DNA of 64,000 bases from Haplodiscus bocki (taxonomy: Eukaryota): contig OZ296656.1 of assembly GCA_965655095.1 (NCBI GenBank), positions 76,260,001 through 76,324,000 on the forward strand. Direction: 5' to 3'. A model generated the notes under the pieces. The model saw only the letters and a program-made list of their open reading frames with translations. It ran no database searches and was not told where the DNA came from. Position numbers and translations under genes: made by a program. Shown here in pieces: positions 35,655 through 46,819 of the stretch (its first letter is position 1; each line of letters opens with the position of its first letter).

Positions 35655-37606
35655 GGTTGTGTGATTATCCAATATCTTTGTTCAAATCTGCTCTTCAATA
35701 CTGAAATTGTTTTAGTAGAAGAAACCCAACTAGTTTGCTTCTATCTTGAAGAAGAGCAAAATTTGCAAAACAAACGGAAATTGGTTCGAAGTCAGGAAAA
35801 ATATCAACTGATTTGGTTGTCCATCGGGTTGACCAAATTAACAACGATTGGAAAGTGAAGCAGCAGTTCCATGGCAAAGATGGCGACATTTGTCCCATCT
35901 GGTCTTAGAGTTATGAGAGTGAAGAGAAGCGGAACAAAACAGTTGTTGTTTTCGGATGTCTCGAAGAAATCAGCCAGCTTGGCAGAGTGGAAAGAGCACG
36001 AAATTCGATTTGCAAAAAAGATTGAGGCAGTATCAAAGGTAAGTTCGAAGTTAGAGGAGCTGAAATCCAAAGGAAAAGAATATAAGCCCAATGTATACGA
36101 GTCGGTGAGTCTTTAACACGAATATTGTAAATCCAAGGAAAAATTAAAACGCGAATCCGAGTGTTGTAATTTTTTGCTAAAGAAAGTATGAGCCGGAACG
36201 TCGCAGTGCTAGTAAGCGACAAATGAGTGGCCTCGAACACGTTTGCAAACAATATGCTGCAATGTTTCCCACATTTTTTTGAAGGAATAGCATATATTCG
36301 GCGACATTTACATGACGAAGGCCAGCTTCTAGTTTTTTGTATCCTATCATACCATTTCTCGAAAGATAATTTTCGGCAAGAAAGAGAATCGATTCATTGG
36401 TAGCGCAAGGTGCAGGATCAACTAGGTTCAAAGCATCTCTGCTAAAAGCGAGAGAAGTGAAAAATGCAGTGAACAAAACGTTGAGTGAGCAACGCACCTT
36501 GATGCATCTCCATTTATTCAATCAAAACATTTTTCGCCAAAAGGAAGTTGTTCTAGCTCTGAAGTAGAAACAGAGCTTCAGAAGGCGACGATTGAAAGGA
36601 TTGGGTATTTAGATCCTGAAACTCCAGATATAGGTTCATAGCCGGAAACTCGTAATGCTGAAGGACGACGGAGACTGCAGGAGTTTCGGAAGCTGAAGGG
36701 CTCTCAACTAACACTGAAGCAGATCCAAACAAACAAAAAAACGCAGCTGCGAAGAAAATGGATTACAGCTTGACATTGTTGAAGAACTTGAGTGATGCCA
36801 TACCACATATGATTTTAGCGAAGATGGGCAAGGTTCTTCAGCGTATGGCGCTTCGTCAGTAGTGAGTCATGAACAGAAGCCATCCACTAGTGGCTTGTCA
36901 TGAGCAAAAAAATGGCATCCAGTGAGCCTTCGAAGTATCAAGTCTACTGCCGCGTCTCCATCTTCACGACTCAGCGAGCGTCCGCGACTCGAGAATCGGG
37001 CAAAACTTTTTGAACAGGAATCACAATTGGTGATCGGGAAAAAAAAGAACTTGAGCCTAAGCGCAGGCAGCGGAAAAGAAATGGAACTCGAAGCAATGCA
37101 AGTTGAAACGGAAGTAGCCAATTTATGGGATCAGACAATGTTAAGCAACCAAAAGAAGAAAAATCAATTTGAAGAAGTGGACGGCTCTTGCCCTGGGTCA
37201 ATCAATGGTCTCAGGTTGATGTGTTTGTCAGTAGAAGAAGACAAGGACAGTAAAGATAAAAGCTGGTTGGATCAAAGCAGTGATGTCATTAGTTTTCAGG
37301 AGGAACAGACTGCGTGTAACTCAGGGGAAAAAACTGCAGTCAAAAACAATTTAGTCGCCCCACAAACTAGAGGACATCTTCTGCATGCAGTTATGAAGCA
37401 GGTTTGATATAGAGAATGCAAAGACTCCAAATCAAGCAACCAACGTGACAGAAGTCACAGTCTATCAATAAAATGGAAGATATCACCAAAACAAAACTTT
37501 ACTGGAAAGTTAAAAGCACCGACCACAAGTTTATTTCTCAATACTTCACCGCATCAACCAATGAATCTACCAAAAGGGACAGCACCGAACATCCAGTCCA
37601 CCGAAA

Positions 37607-38979
37607 TTGAAAAAGACTGATTTTGCGGCTGATCCTCTGGAGTTGCCTGAATGGTCAAGTCTTTTTAATGCAGTAATTTTCAATGCGCTCTTGGATGACA
37701 ACGCAAAGATGAACCTTTCAAAGACATTGGTGAAAAGCGAAGCGAAAGCCACAAGAGGAGGGCTCGGTTTTTCTGGGGTTTTTTATCACACTGCCTGGGC
37801 GACCTTGATTCGCAGCTTTGGTCGACCCCAGACAGTAGTGAATGCTCGAAGGAAGCATATTCAAACGTGTCCCTTCATCAAGCCGCATGACTTAGCAGCT
37901 GTCATCAAATATTCCCAACCTATTACCACAAATGTCAACCTCTTGAATTAGTACGGCTTCACAGGTGACTTCAGTTTGGAATCTGTTTTGAGCATGGCCG
38001 TCCAAAAACTGCCGCCAGAATTGAAAACGAAATGGGTGTTCTATGCAGAAAGACAAACCCACCAGCGGGCAAATTTCAGTGAACTTTGTGAAAGGTTGAA
38101 AGACGTCAATTTTGTCCACGATGAATTATTGGCTCAATTCTGGCAGGTGAGTGACAAAAAGCAGTCAACGTGTAATGACACATTGAGAGCATCGGGGTCT
38201 TCAATGTCCGCGGCAGCTGACGAAACTTTGTTATCATCCTTGAATTTCAATGCAAAGGCTGCTAACAAGGGTGTGGTTTGCAGCAACACCCATGGATTGT
38301 GGACTTGTGACGCTTTCAAGAAGCTAACGCCAAGCGATCGGTACAATAAAAAAAAGAAAGTATTTTTTTCCTTTGTTTCAGTGGTGGACATGCTTTGAAT
38401 GATTGCAAGATTAACGAACGTGAAATTGACGTTTGCAAAGGACATCACAACAGGTTGTTACGCAGACCACAAAACACGAACTTTTTTCCACCAACGTCCA
38501 CAAAAATTGCTGGGACCTACGCAAGTGTCGGTATGCATTTTTTTGGTTTTTCACTTGTTTACGAAGTAGAAACAACAAACAATGGAAAAACAATGAAAGC
38601 TATTGCTTCAGTCGATAGTGGCTCTGGTCTCTCATGGATAGACAAGTCATCGACAAATCAATTGAATCTGCATGTTGTGAAACGAGGTCTGACAGTCGAT
38701 GGAATAACTGGTACTGAAACCGACGACAGTGTACCTGCTAAAGTCACCATCACTTTCGAAGAAAACGGGAATAATTGTTTCCATTTGGCTGTTCATGAAA
38801 ATCTAGTCATTGGTGACAATTTCTACAACAATCAACGAGCGCAGAGTCAATACACTCAGCTGGAGAGGTTTATTCAGAGAAAAATCAATTGTAAAATTGT
38901 TAAATTGGTCCCGGGAACGGATTGCTTTACTTTTATTCGACCATTAGGGTGTCGGCGTGGTCAACTAGGTGAGCCTTGA
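37607..38979 (+). pseudogene. BEL/Pao gag (DUF1759-like, Zn knuckle) and aspartic protease fragments
   Basis: ORFs 37607-37951, 37976-38398 and 38395-38979 carry DPLELPEWSSLF, VQKLPPELKTKW, C-x2-C/H knuckles and DSGS. Confidence 0.85.
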
Positions 38980-39186
38980 GACGTTTGATCTTCTCTGGGA
39001 TGGACGGTGTGTGGCCCACTGCCAAAACAGAATGCTTAAACACTACTTTTTTGCCATAGTTCGGTGAACCATCCTGCAGATATCGATTTGAACAAAAAGA
39101 TCAAGTTATGGTTGGACAATGAGAGTTATGGTTCACGAGTGAAAGTGGACCGACGATCCAGAGCAGAAGGCTAACAACTTCAAACT

Positions 39187-40760
39187 TTGGAGAAGGCAAT
39201 TCACTATGATAAAGGTAGACACACAGTGGGTATGCTGAGGAATTTGCCGCCATCAAGCATGCTGATCGATTATCGATGTGCGGTAAAGCAGTTTCTCTTT
39301 CAAAAAAACCGATTGGAGAAATATCCTGAACTCAAAAAGGTCCTATTCGGAAACTATAAAAGCGGATGGGGATTCAAGTTACAACCGGAAGCTGAATGCA
39401 ACAAAAATTCAGCAGACCAGAAAATCTCCTCAGTAGTATGGTCCTCACTCTTCAGTAATTAAGCTCTCAAACCCGGAAAAGTGAGACGTGTCTGTAAAGC
39501 AGCGAGTGGATTCGAAGCAAATTCTTTGAACAAAAGTCTCTTCATTTGTCCAGACTGCTTGCAAAAAATCATTGGGATTATATTGGGGTTCCGCGGAAAG
39601 TTTTTTTTGGGAAGAGCGCAGACGTTGAAGCTATGTTCTTCAATGTGAAAATTCCTGCAAAGGAAGCCAAGTTTCTTCATTTTATATGGAGAGAAAATCG
39701 AGCCTATAGTCGATCAACATATGAGTATAATCGTCATGTATTTGGGTCTAAAGATTCTCCGACAAGTGCCATTTTTGCATCACAACGTATAGTCACAAAC
39801 AGTGAAGTACAATTCCCGAAGGATTCGGAATTTGTTAAACGCAATTTTTGTATGGAAGACTTTTTGTACTCTGCAAAAAAACATCAAAGAAGCTGAGTCC
39901 CCCCAGCAAAGCCTCTTCTCTTCCAGCAAAGGAGTGGTTTCAAACTCTCCAAATGGCAATCAAATGTGAAGGAACTCTTTGAGAAAGACAGTGATGTGGA
40001 GATTTTCACCACTTTGGGGTTGGAATGGAATCTGAAGTCAAATGATGTAAAATCAAGCCGTGCTTTGGTGGGCAAGGATCGCACTAAAATCACGCATAGA
40101 GTGTTTCTCTCAGTGGCATTGTCTTTATTTGACACATTGGGATTGGTTTTTCTATTCATTCTCGGAAGTCGACTGATTTTACGACTTATCTTGCAAAAAG
40201 CTGTGAAACCTTCGGATGAAGAATTGCGCAAGTTATGTCAAAACAGTTCTTTGATTGGTTACAAAAATTTTGGGCATTAAAAGAGCTGTTAAAAGGCAGA
40301 CATTATGTTGGAAGCATCAAAAATTGGACTTTGTGTTGTTGCTTATCTTCGGATCGAGGTATCTTCGAGTATCTTTTGTATCGCGTAAAACACAAATAGC
40401 AGCCATCAAAACCACTACTATTCCAAAACCAGAGCTTTTCATGCCTCCGGAATCAAAGTTTTTATCTTTGAAAAAAAAGGCTTCAAAATCGTTCAAGTGT
40501 TCATGTGAAGTAGATCAGCCAATGTCATACGATTGTTGAACGCATTCGACAAGGAACATCAAATATCCGTTGCTAATCGCATTGGGAAAAATCTAGATAT
40601 CACAAAGCTGGGTGAAAGAAATGGTATCTGTGGTGTACAAAATCGAACTGATCTTGGAACGCATGACGTGATAGCCAAAGAGATGGCAACAAATGTTTGG
40701 CTACCTCGACCAGCTTGACTGCTGAGAAAAAGAAGACCTTTGGCCAAGAGCAAACCATTG
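39187..40760 (+). pseudogene. BEL/Pao reverse transcriptase and RNase H fragments
   Basis: KPGKVRRVC, ADVEAMF, HVFGSKDSP, decayed YxDD (CMED), TLGLEWN, SLFDTLG, TIPKPEL. Confidence 0.85.
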
Positions 40761-41379
40761 ACTTCACTTTTGTTGTAAACACTTCAGAATCGCCTCAAGT
40801 TACTAATCTGATGCTGATCAAGACACTTGAGATACAATGGGAACGATAAAATTTTTGGAGAAAACTTGTCAATACGCTGGCTCACATTGTACGCTGGAGA
40901 AACAGAAATCACACTAACAGATCGATTTGATTGAGGAGTACCAGAAAGTTGAACGAATCAGAATCAATCTGGTTCAAAAGCAAGCGTTTTCCATTGAGTA
41001 TTAAGCATTGAGTCGTGGAAAAGAGTTTTCGTCTAAATAAAATGTTCAACATTTTTGTCCTTTTGTTGACAGCTATGGTATTTATAGTGCACGTGGACGT
41101 TTATCCACGGGCGATTTTGAGTTTGACAAAAAGCATCCCATTCTTCTTCCAGCGAAGCATCCAGCAAGACAGTTGATGATGCTGAAATATCATTGGGACA
41201 GTTATCATCAAGCTGTTGAAAGTAAGCGGCATGAATTGCAGCAAAGTTTTTAAATTTTGGGCCTGAGAAATGAACTCCGAAGCCTAAAAAGTCACCGCAT
41301 TCTTTGCAGAAAATATACTGCAGTAGTCCAAGCTCCAATGCTGGTTCACCCAAAAAAAAATGGAGAAGGTACATTTTTC

Positions 41380-42260
41380 TATTAATTATGTTGGAGTTGA
41401 ATGTTTCGGACCATTACAAATGAAAGACATGAGGAAAACGTAAGAAAGCTTGGTTTGTGTTTTCACCTGTTTGACAACAAGAGCAGTTCATCTGGGGATG
41501 GTTCATTCACTAAACAAAGAGTTTTACCTGAGTGCAATTACCAAAATCATTTCCCAACGTGGTCATCCTCTGGCTACTCGGAGTGACAGTGGGACAAACT
41601 TCGTTGAAACAACGGATTGAAACAACTTGCATCATTGTGGAGGAATGAGGATTTCCAGGAGAAGGTTCATCAGGGGCAGATCGTTTCTAAGTTAAACCCT
41701 GCTGCAGCACCCCATTTCGGAGTTTCTTGGAAGCGAATGGTGAGGACTTGCAAACAGGCCATGTATCATGTTCTGAATGTTCAAAGGCTTACTGATGAGA
41801 TTCTAGCTACAATTCTCTGTCTGATCAGACAACTGTTGAATTCCCGCCCTATCAGCCCTAATTCCAATATTCCTAACACTTTAGAAGTTCTAGCACCTCA
41901 TCATTTTCTGCTGGGCTGGCCGAGTGTTGCTATTTCGTACTTGCCAGATGCGCGGAATTATCAAAATCACAGTAAAATGTACCGTGTGGGTAATATCTGG
42001 GCGCGATGGTCAAAAGAGTATCTTCCCGTGCTTAATCTCCGTCGAAAATTGTACAACGGTTGTTCCCCATTCTAGGAGAATGATCTGGTGTGGGTCTTTG
42101 ATCAACGTGAAAAGCGGGGTTTCACCGCCTTGAACGAGTGAAAAGGTTGCATTTTGGAGGCGATGGCATTATTCGCTGTTGTGATATCCTAACGCAAATC
42201 AGAGTGATTTTCCGACCGACAATCAAATTGCGCCATGTTTTTGACGACACTGGGTGTGTT
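41380..42260 (+). pseudogene. BEL/Pao integrase and C-terminal DUF5641-like fragments
   Basis: SDSGTNFV near 41580, APHFG.SW.RMV, LNSRP, PHHFLLG, WARWSKEYL. Confidence 0.85.
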
Positions 42261-42299
42261 CCTCTTCGGCGATGAAATTGCCTGAGAATGGACAGCTTA

Positions 42300-42930
42300 A
42301 AGAGGACCATTCTACAGTGTATCAAAGGACCACCAACAGCAAAGAAGTCAAACTTTGGTCATGAAATTTATAGAAAAATGATTTTTTTGCCCAAACGACG
42401 ATTTCAGCACGGAAAACCCGAAATCGGAACCAACTTTTCTCAAAATAATGCTTTTTGGGCGTTTTGGAGCCTTTCTAGCGATATATCGGTTTTTGGGGCA
42501 TTTACTCCGCTTCATTTCCTGTTTAACCCCTTTTAGCCGTCGCGTGTGGTATTGGTTGTGTTGCTGAAACGAATTTGAGTCTTTGTGGTTAATATTAGTT
42601 CTCTCAGATAGACAGAAATTGCTCACGAAAGTGTGTTCTTTTACTACGAAAGTTTAATAACTTACATAAATCAAGCAGGATGCTCTAAAATTTCATATTC
42701 GTTTATAAACTTTTGCTTCTCTAAAATTTAGTCTTTTTTTCCGTGCACCTAAGATGTTGAATAACGTTTTGAGAACGGAAATTTAACCTCTTAAAAGCAA
42801 GTACGTGTTGTTTTGAGGAAAAAAATATTCTTTTCACAGGGTAAAGTAAAGTTTTCGGGGACTTTAAATTTTTGTTCAAGGCAATTCTATACCAGGGACA
42901 AGCCGGCGGTTCAAAACTTTAGCTATCAGA
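42300..42930 (+). repeat. Right direct repeat (putative 3' LTR) of the BEL/Pao element
   Basis: Follows the end of the integrase/DUF5641-like coding region and matches 35100-35630. TG..CA termini and PPT are not clearly preserved. Confidence 0.55.
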
Positions 42931-43487
42931 ATCAGACTTTACAACAATCTTTAAAGGTCATTGGATGTTGTTACAAATGTTACGTAAGCCGACGAGAAAA
43001 TAACAACCGGCCTACCATCAAAAAGGCTGGTTTCCTCACGTAATTTTTGACTTCTAATGGCTACCAATAGAGGGTTCAATGATATCATAACTTTCAGATC
43101 AATGATTGTTCTCGATTAATACTGGGAAAACAAAAGAAAAATATTCAATTCAGATGCAGTCGGCGCGTTTTTTTGGTTTTGAGGTTTTTTCTGTTAGGTT
43201 CACCTAGACACCAACATTCATTTGCCCATTTCCAAGAACGGGAAAGCAGCATTTATCTTCTTTTGAGAAAATCTTCGTTGACAATTGTGTGCGTTTAACC
43301 TTAACTAAGGAGTTTTGGTTTTCTCATTTTCTTCTTTGGGTGTTTCTCAACAAATGAACGTGCCAAAATTCCAGAAAAACTGAAATCCAGAAAAACTTCA
43401 AGTGGTCTTCAGCAACTTTCTCGTGGCTACATTCACAGTTCCTTGCCACCTGTTGAAACATATCATTCGTTTCATGGCATTGATGTT

Positions 43488-44308
43488 CCCGGGTAGGAAA
43501 AACATGGCTGCCAGGCCATGATCTTGGCATGATCTTGCCATGATCTTGCCATGATCCTACAATGATATGGCGAAATATGATCATGATCATGCCATGCTGA
43601 CGGCATGTTGGCCATGTTTCTTGCCATGGTCGTCATGATTCGTGGCATGATCATGGTATGATTACCATGTTTTCCATGATTCATACCATGGTCATGGTAT
43701 GATCATCATGTTTTCCATGTTTTTTTTGAAATAAAAAATGGCTTGTTTGACAATGTCTTCTCAGATAGGTGCTACCATATACCATTATATGGCACACTTG
43801 ACTGACTTTAGAGGAACACAAGCCTCCAAAGTTGCTAGTCAGCAAAACTAAACGAAGTTTACTCCCGAAAGTTTAGTTTTTTTGTTAATAACCAAACAGC
43901 AAGTTCTTATTAAACAAGGGTTTCAATATAACAAACATATTACAGCTTTTTGTTATTTTTGGTAATTTCGAGACTTTGGGATAGAGATCCTTTTTATTAA
44001 ACGCCTTTCGGGTAGTTTCTGATGGGTTCGTCCAAACATATTCTATAATAAAAAGTAATGGACTACCACCTGGTTAATAATTAACAAAGTTCGCTGGATA
44101 ATCAGCGTCCTGACTACGTAATAATAATGACCATGGTCACATTGGCATGATCATGCTATTTTTCATGACGGCAATGCCATGATCATGCTATAGTCCATGA
44201 TGACTATGACATGATCTTACCATGATCACACCATGGCGAGTATGAATCACCAAGATCATACCATGTCATTCCATGATCATCATGTTTGATCATGGCTGTC
44301 AAACCGGG
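43488..44308 (+). mobile_element. CATG-rich non-autonomous DNA element (CCCGG...CCGGG-TA)
   Basis: Both arms are made of catgat/ccatg repeats around a unique core, with short inverted termini. A second copy lies at 10236-10455. Confidence 0.8.
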
Positions 44309-46119
44309 TAGAACGGATGAATGGTCTGTCTGACCAGAAAAGTTACGTTGTTGCAATTTTTTCAATAGCTCGTGATGTACAAAAGTACGTTCAAAATTTT
44401 GGTTTGATGTTTTGATTGGTTGGTTTCAAACCACCAATCATACCTGGGGACAGAGCAATCACCGAATAAATGGAATATGATGGCTTGCGATCGTTTCGGT
44501 AACATTCGTTGAAAGAGTTTTTCACCATTAAATTAAGGAAATGTTTTTTTTTGAAAAGTTGAGTTTTCGCGAATAACAGTTTTCTTTCAATTTTTTTACT
44601 GTTCAAATGGGTCATCGGACCCCAAAGTTGTCTGTTATCAATGGACTCTTTACTGCAGTTTAAATATGGTGGAATTTGCTCGTTGGCACTATTTATCAGT
44701 TGGATTTACGGAAAAATGTTGTCGAACGTACAGGTGGCGTAGGTAAACTACTTATCAATTAGAATTGCTCTTGTTCGATTTAGCTTATATTGTTACTCAG
44801 CGTGTGTTGCCATATATCTACGCTATCGTGTAAGAAAGTCTCAGAAGCTTAAAATGATTTTAGTTTTGTAAACTTGCCTTGCTAATCCGCGCCGACAAAG
44901 TTGCTTAAGTTCTACTAGCAAAGAGTTGGTGAGCAAAGAGGAGTACAAATTAAGAGATAAATTGTTTGACGAAAAAACAGGAAAGGCAGTCAGTTAAATA
45001 ATTGTAAATGTGCACAAGGTAAGATTCAACCTTGGAAGGGTGATATTATTGAAGGCGAAACTTGAGCAATCAAAATTCTTTAAATCCAGCGGCAACATTC
45101 ATACTTCAAAAAATTTGTATTACACAAGAAGCAAAGATTAAATTCATCCAAATTTTAACTTGATTACTTAATTGAAGGTAGTTATCGACATTTTTGAGTT
45201 ACAAATCTTTCCAAGTGAAATGGAGAAATTCACCAAGTCTAAGGACTAAGTAACGGTTTTTTTTATCGGTTTTTTGGCTGGGAGAAATGAATATATTCGT
45301 TCATCAGCTCAGGCTTTGCCTTTTGTTTTTTATTTAGGTTTTAGTTTTACTTGTCGTTTCCAGTTCAATTTTAAATAAAACTCTGGTGACATGCAGTAAA
45401 AACAGTAGACAAAGTCATGTCTTTCAGGTTCCAATTAGGTCCCAACCAAGAATTAAATGTCGTGGTATTACCAAACGGGATATCAGATTTTATCCAAAAC
45501 TCCGGTAACATGCCAAGAAAGCAGTCGACGAAGTCAAACTATTTAGGATTTTTTTGTCTAGCGTGAACTACTGACAAGGCAAAGAGTTTACATACATGTT
45601 TTTAGGAACCAATAGTTCTATTAGCCTTCTACTCAAAACTCGAGAAACCTGCCCTAGCATTGCACCTGGGCAAAAGATCTTAGATTCGCCGTTTTTCCAG
45701 CGCTGAATAAATCTTCTGGATTCATTGACGGGGTTTAATCATTTTGAGTTTTTTTTAACTGCTCAGGTATGGCTCGCTGTAGGAGGCAACTTGCTGATTT
45801 TCTCGCGGTCCCACTTCAACTCGGACGCAGCAGTTCCTTCGCAAATTATCGAGAGTTCACATATTCTTATTAGCTTTTACCTACTACTCATTTGAAGCTC
45901 GCAAAAAGCAGCACCTGGTGATGTTCTCTTAGTCCCTTTTTGACTCGAACGCGGCAGTTCCTCCGCCATTTATCGAGAGGGAGTTTTCAGAAGAAATAGA
46001 CTAGTGATATTGACTCTACTAGATCAGAGCAAATATACAACTTACGATTACCGAAGTTGGGTGAAGACACTTGTAGGTTGACTGCGGTGTGAAGCTCCGT
46101 TGAGGTGTCCGGCCGGGAT

Positions 46120-46570
46120 GATGCTGAAATTGAAATTCGACTCAGACACAATCTGCATGGTCTTAGAATGATTTTGATTGGATGCAATTGAATTTCGGCT
46201 AGGACACAATTTGTAATTGTCTTAGAATATTGTAGATGAGATGCAATTGAATTTCAGCTGAGAAGCGATTTGGATTTGTTTTAAAATAATATCCATCAGA
46301 TGCAATTGCATTTCGGCTAAGACACATTTTGAAAAATGCTTAGAATAAAATCCATGAGGTGCAACTGAATTTCGGCTGAGACACAATTTGGAAATGTCTT
46401 AGAATAATATCGATGAGGTTCAATTGAAATTCGGCTCAGACACAATTTGGAGTTCTCCTAGAAAAACTTCGACAAGATGCAAAAAAAGTTTGGGACACAA
46501 TTTGATAAATTGTTTGAATCAATCCGGGATAAAATTGATTTCCAGCTAAGACAGTCTTGCAGGCGAAAAA
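46120..46570. repeat. ~60-bp tandem repeats inside the left LTR
   Basis: About 7 units of gaatttcggctgagacacaatttggaaatgtcttagaataatatcgatgaggtgcaatt. Confidence 0.85.
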
Positions 46571-46755
46571 GTTTCTGAATTTTGTCTTTCGAGGAGAAGC
46601 AAGTTTGAGATAGGAGAATATAACTCGCTTGATGGAAAAGGCCAGAATATTTTGTCAGAAATTTAACAGAGGGCTGACTGTAAAAATTTTTCGCCTCGGG
46701 TTATTAAGCAAGTGAACGGGAGCGAGCTCGTCGAACCCATGGTTAAGCACTGGGG

Positions 46756-46819
46756 TTTTATACCTCGTTTGGCCACGTGACCATGTCACGTGATCGAGCA
46801 TGTTGGTCATGGAGCCAAT
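46756..46819 (-). promoter_or_regulatory. LTR promoter module: CCAAT, paired CACGTG E-boxes, TATAAAA
   Basis: Plus strand shows ttttata (46756-46762; TATAAAA on minus), cacgtg at 46774 and 46787, and ccaat at 46815. The module is conserved in the other LTR. Confidence 0.6.

Larger units (their letters stand above)
35100..42930 (+). mobile_element. Degenerate BEL/Pao LTR retrotransposon
   Basis: Fragments occur in gag-PR-RT-RH-IN order: DUF1759-like gag (37607-38100), Cys/His knuckle (CSNTHGLWTC), protease (ASVDSGSGLSWI), RT (ADVEAMFFNV...RHVFGSKDSP...NFCMEDF), Pao-type region (RKTQIAAIKTTTIPKPEL; VANRI; NRTDLGT), integrase (NPAAAPHFGVSWKRMVR...LLNSRPI...LAPHHFLLG) and a DUF5641-like tail (WARWSKEYLP). 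Many stops and frameshifts. Confidence 0.92.

Noticed and set aside
43324-43684. Met/His-rich ORFs
   Set aside because: Artefact of the CATG-rich transposon arms.
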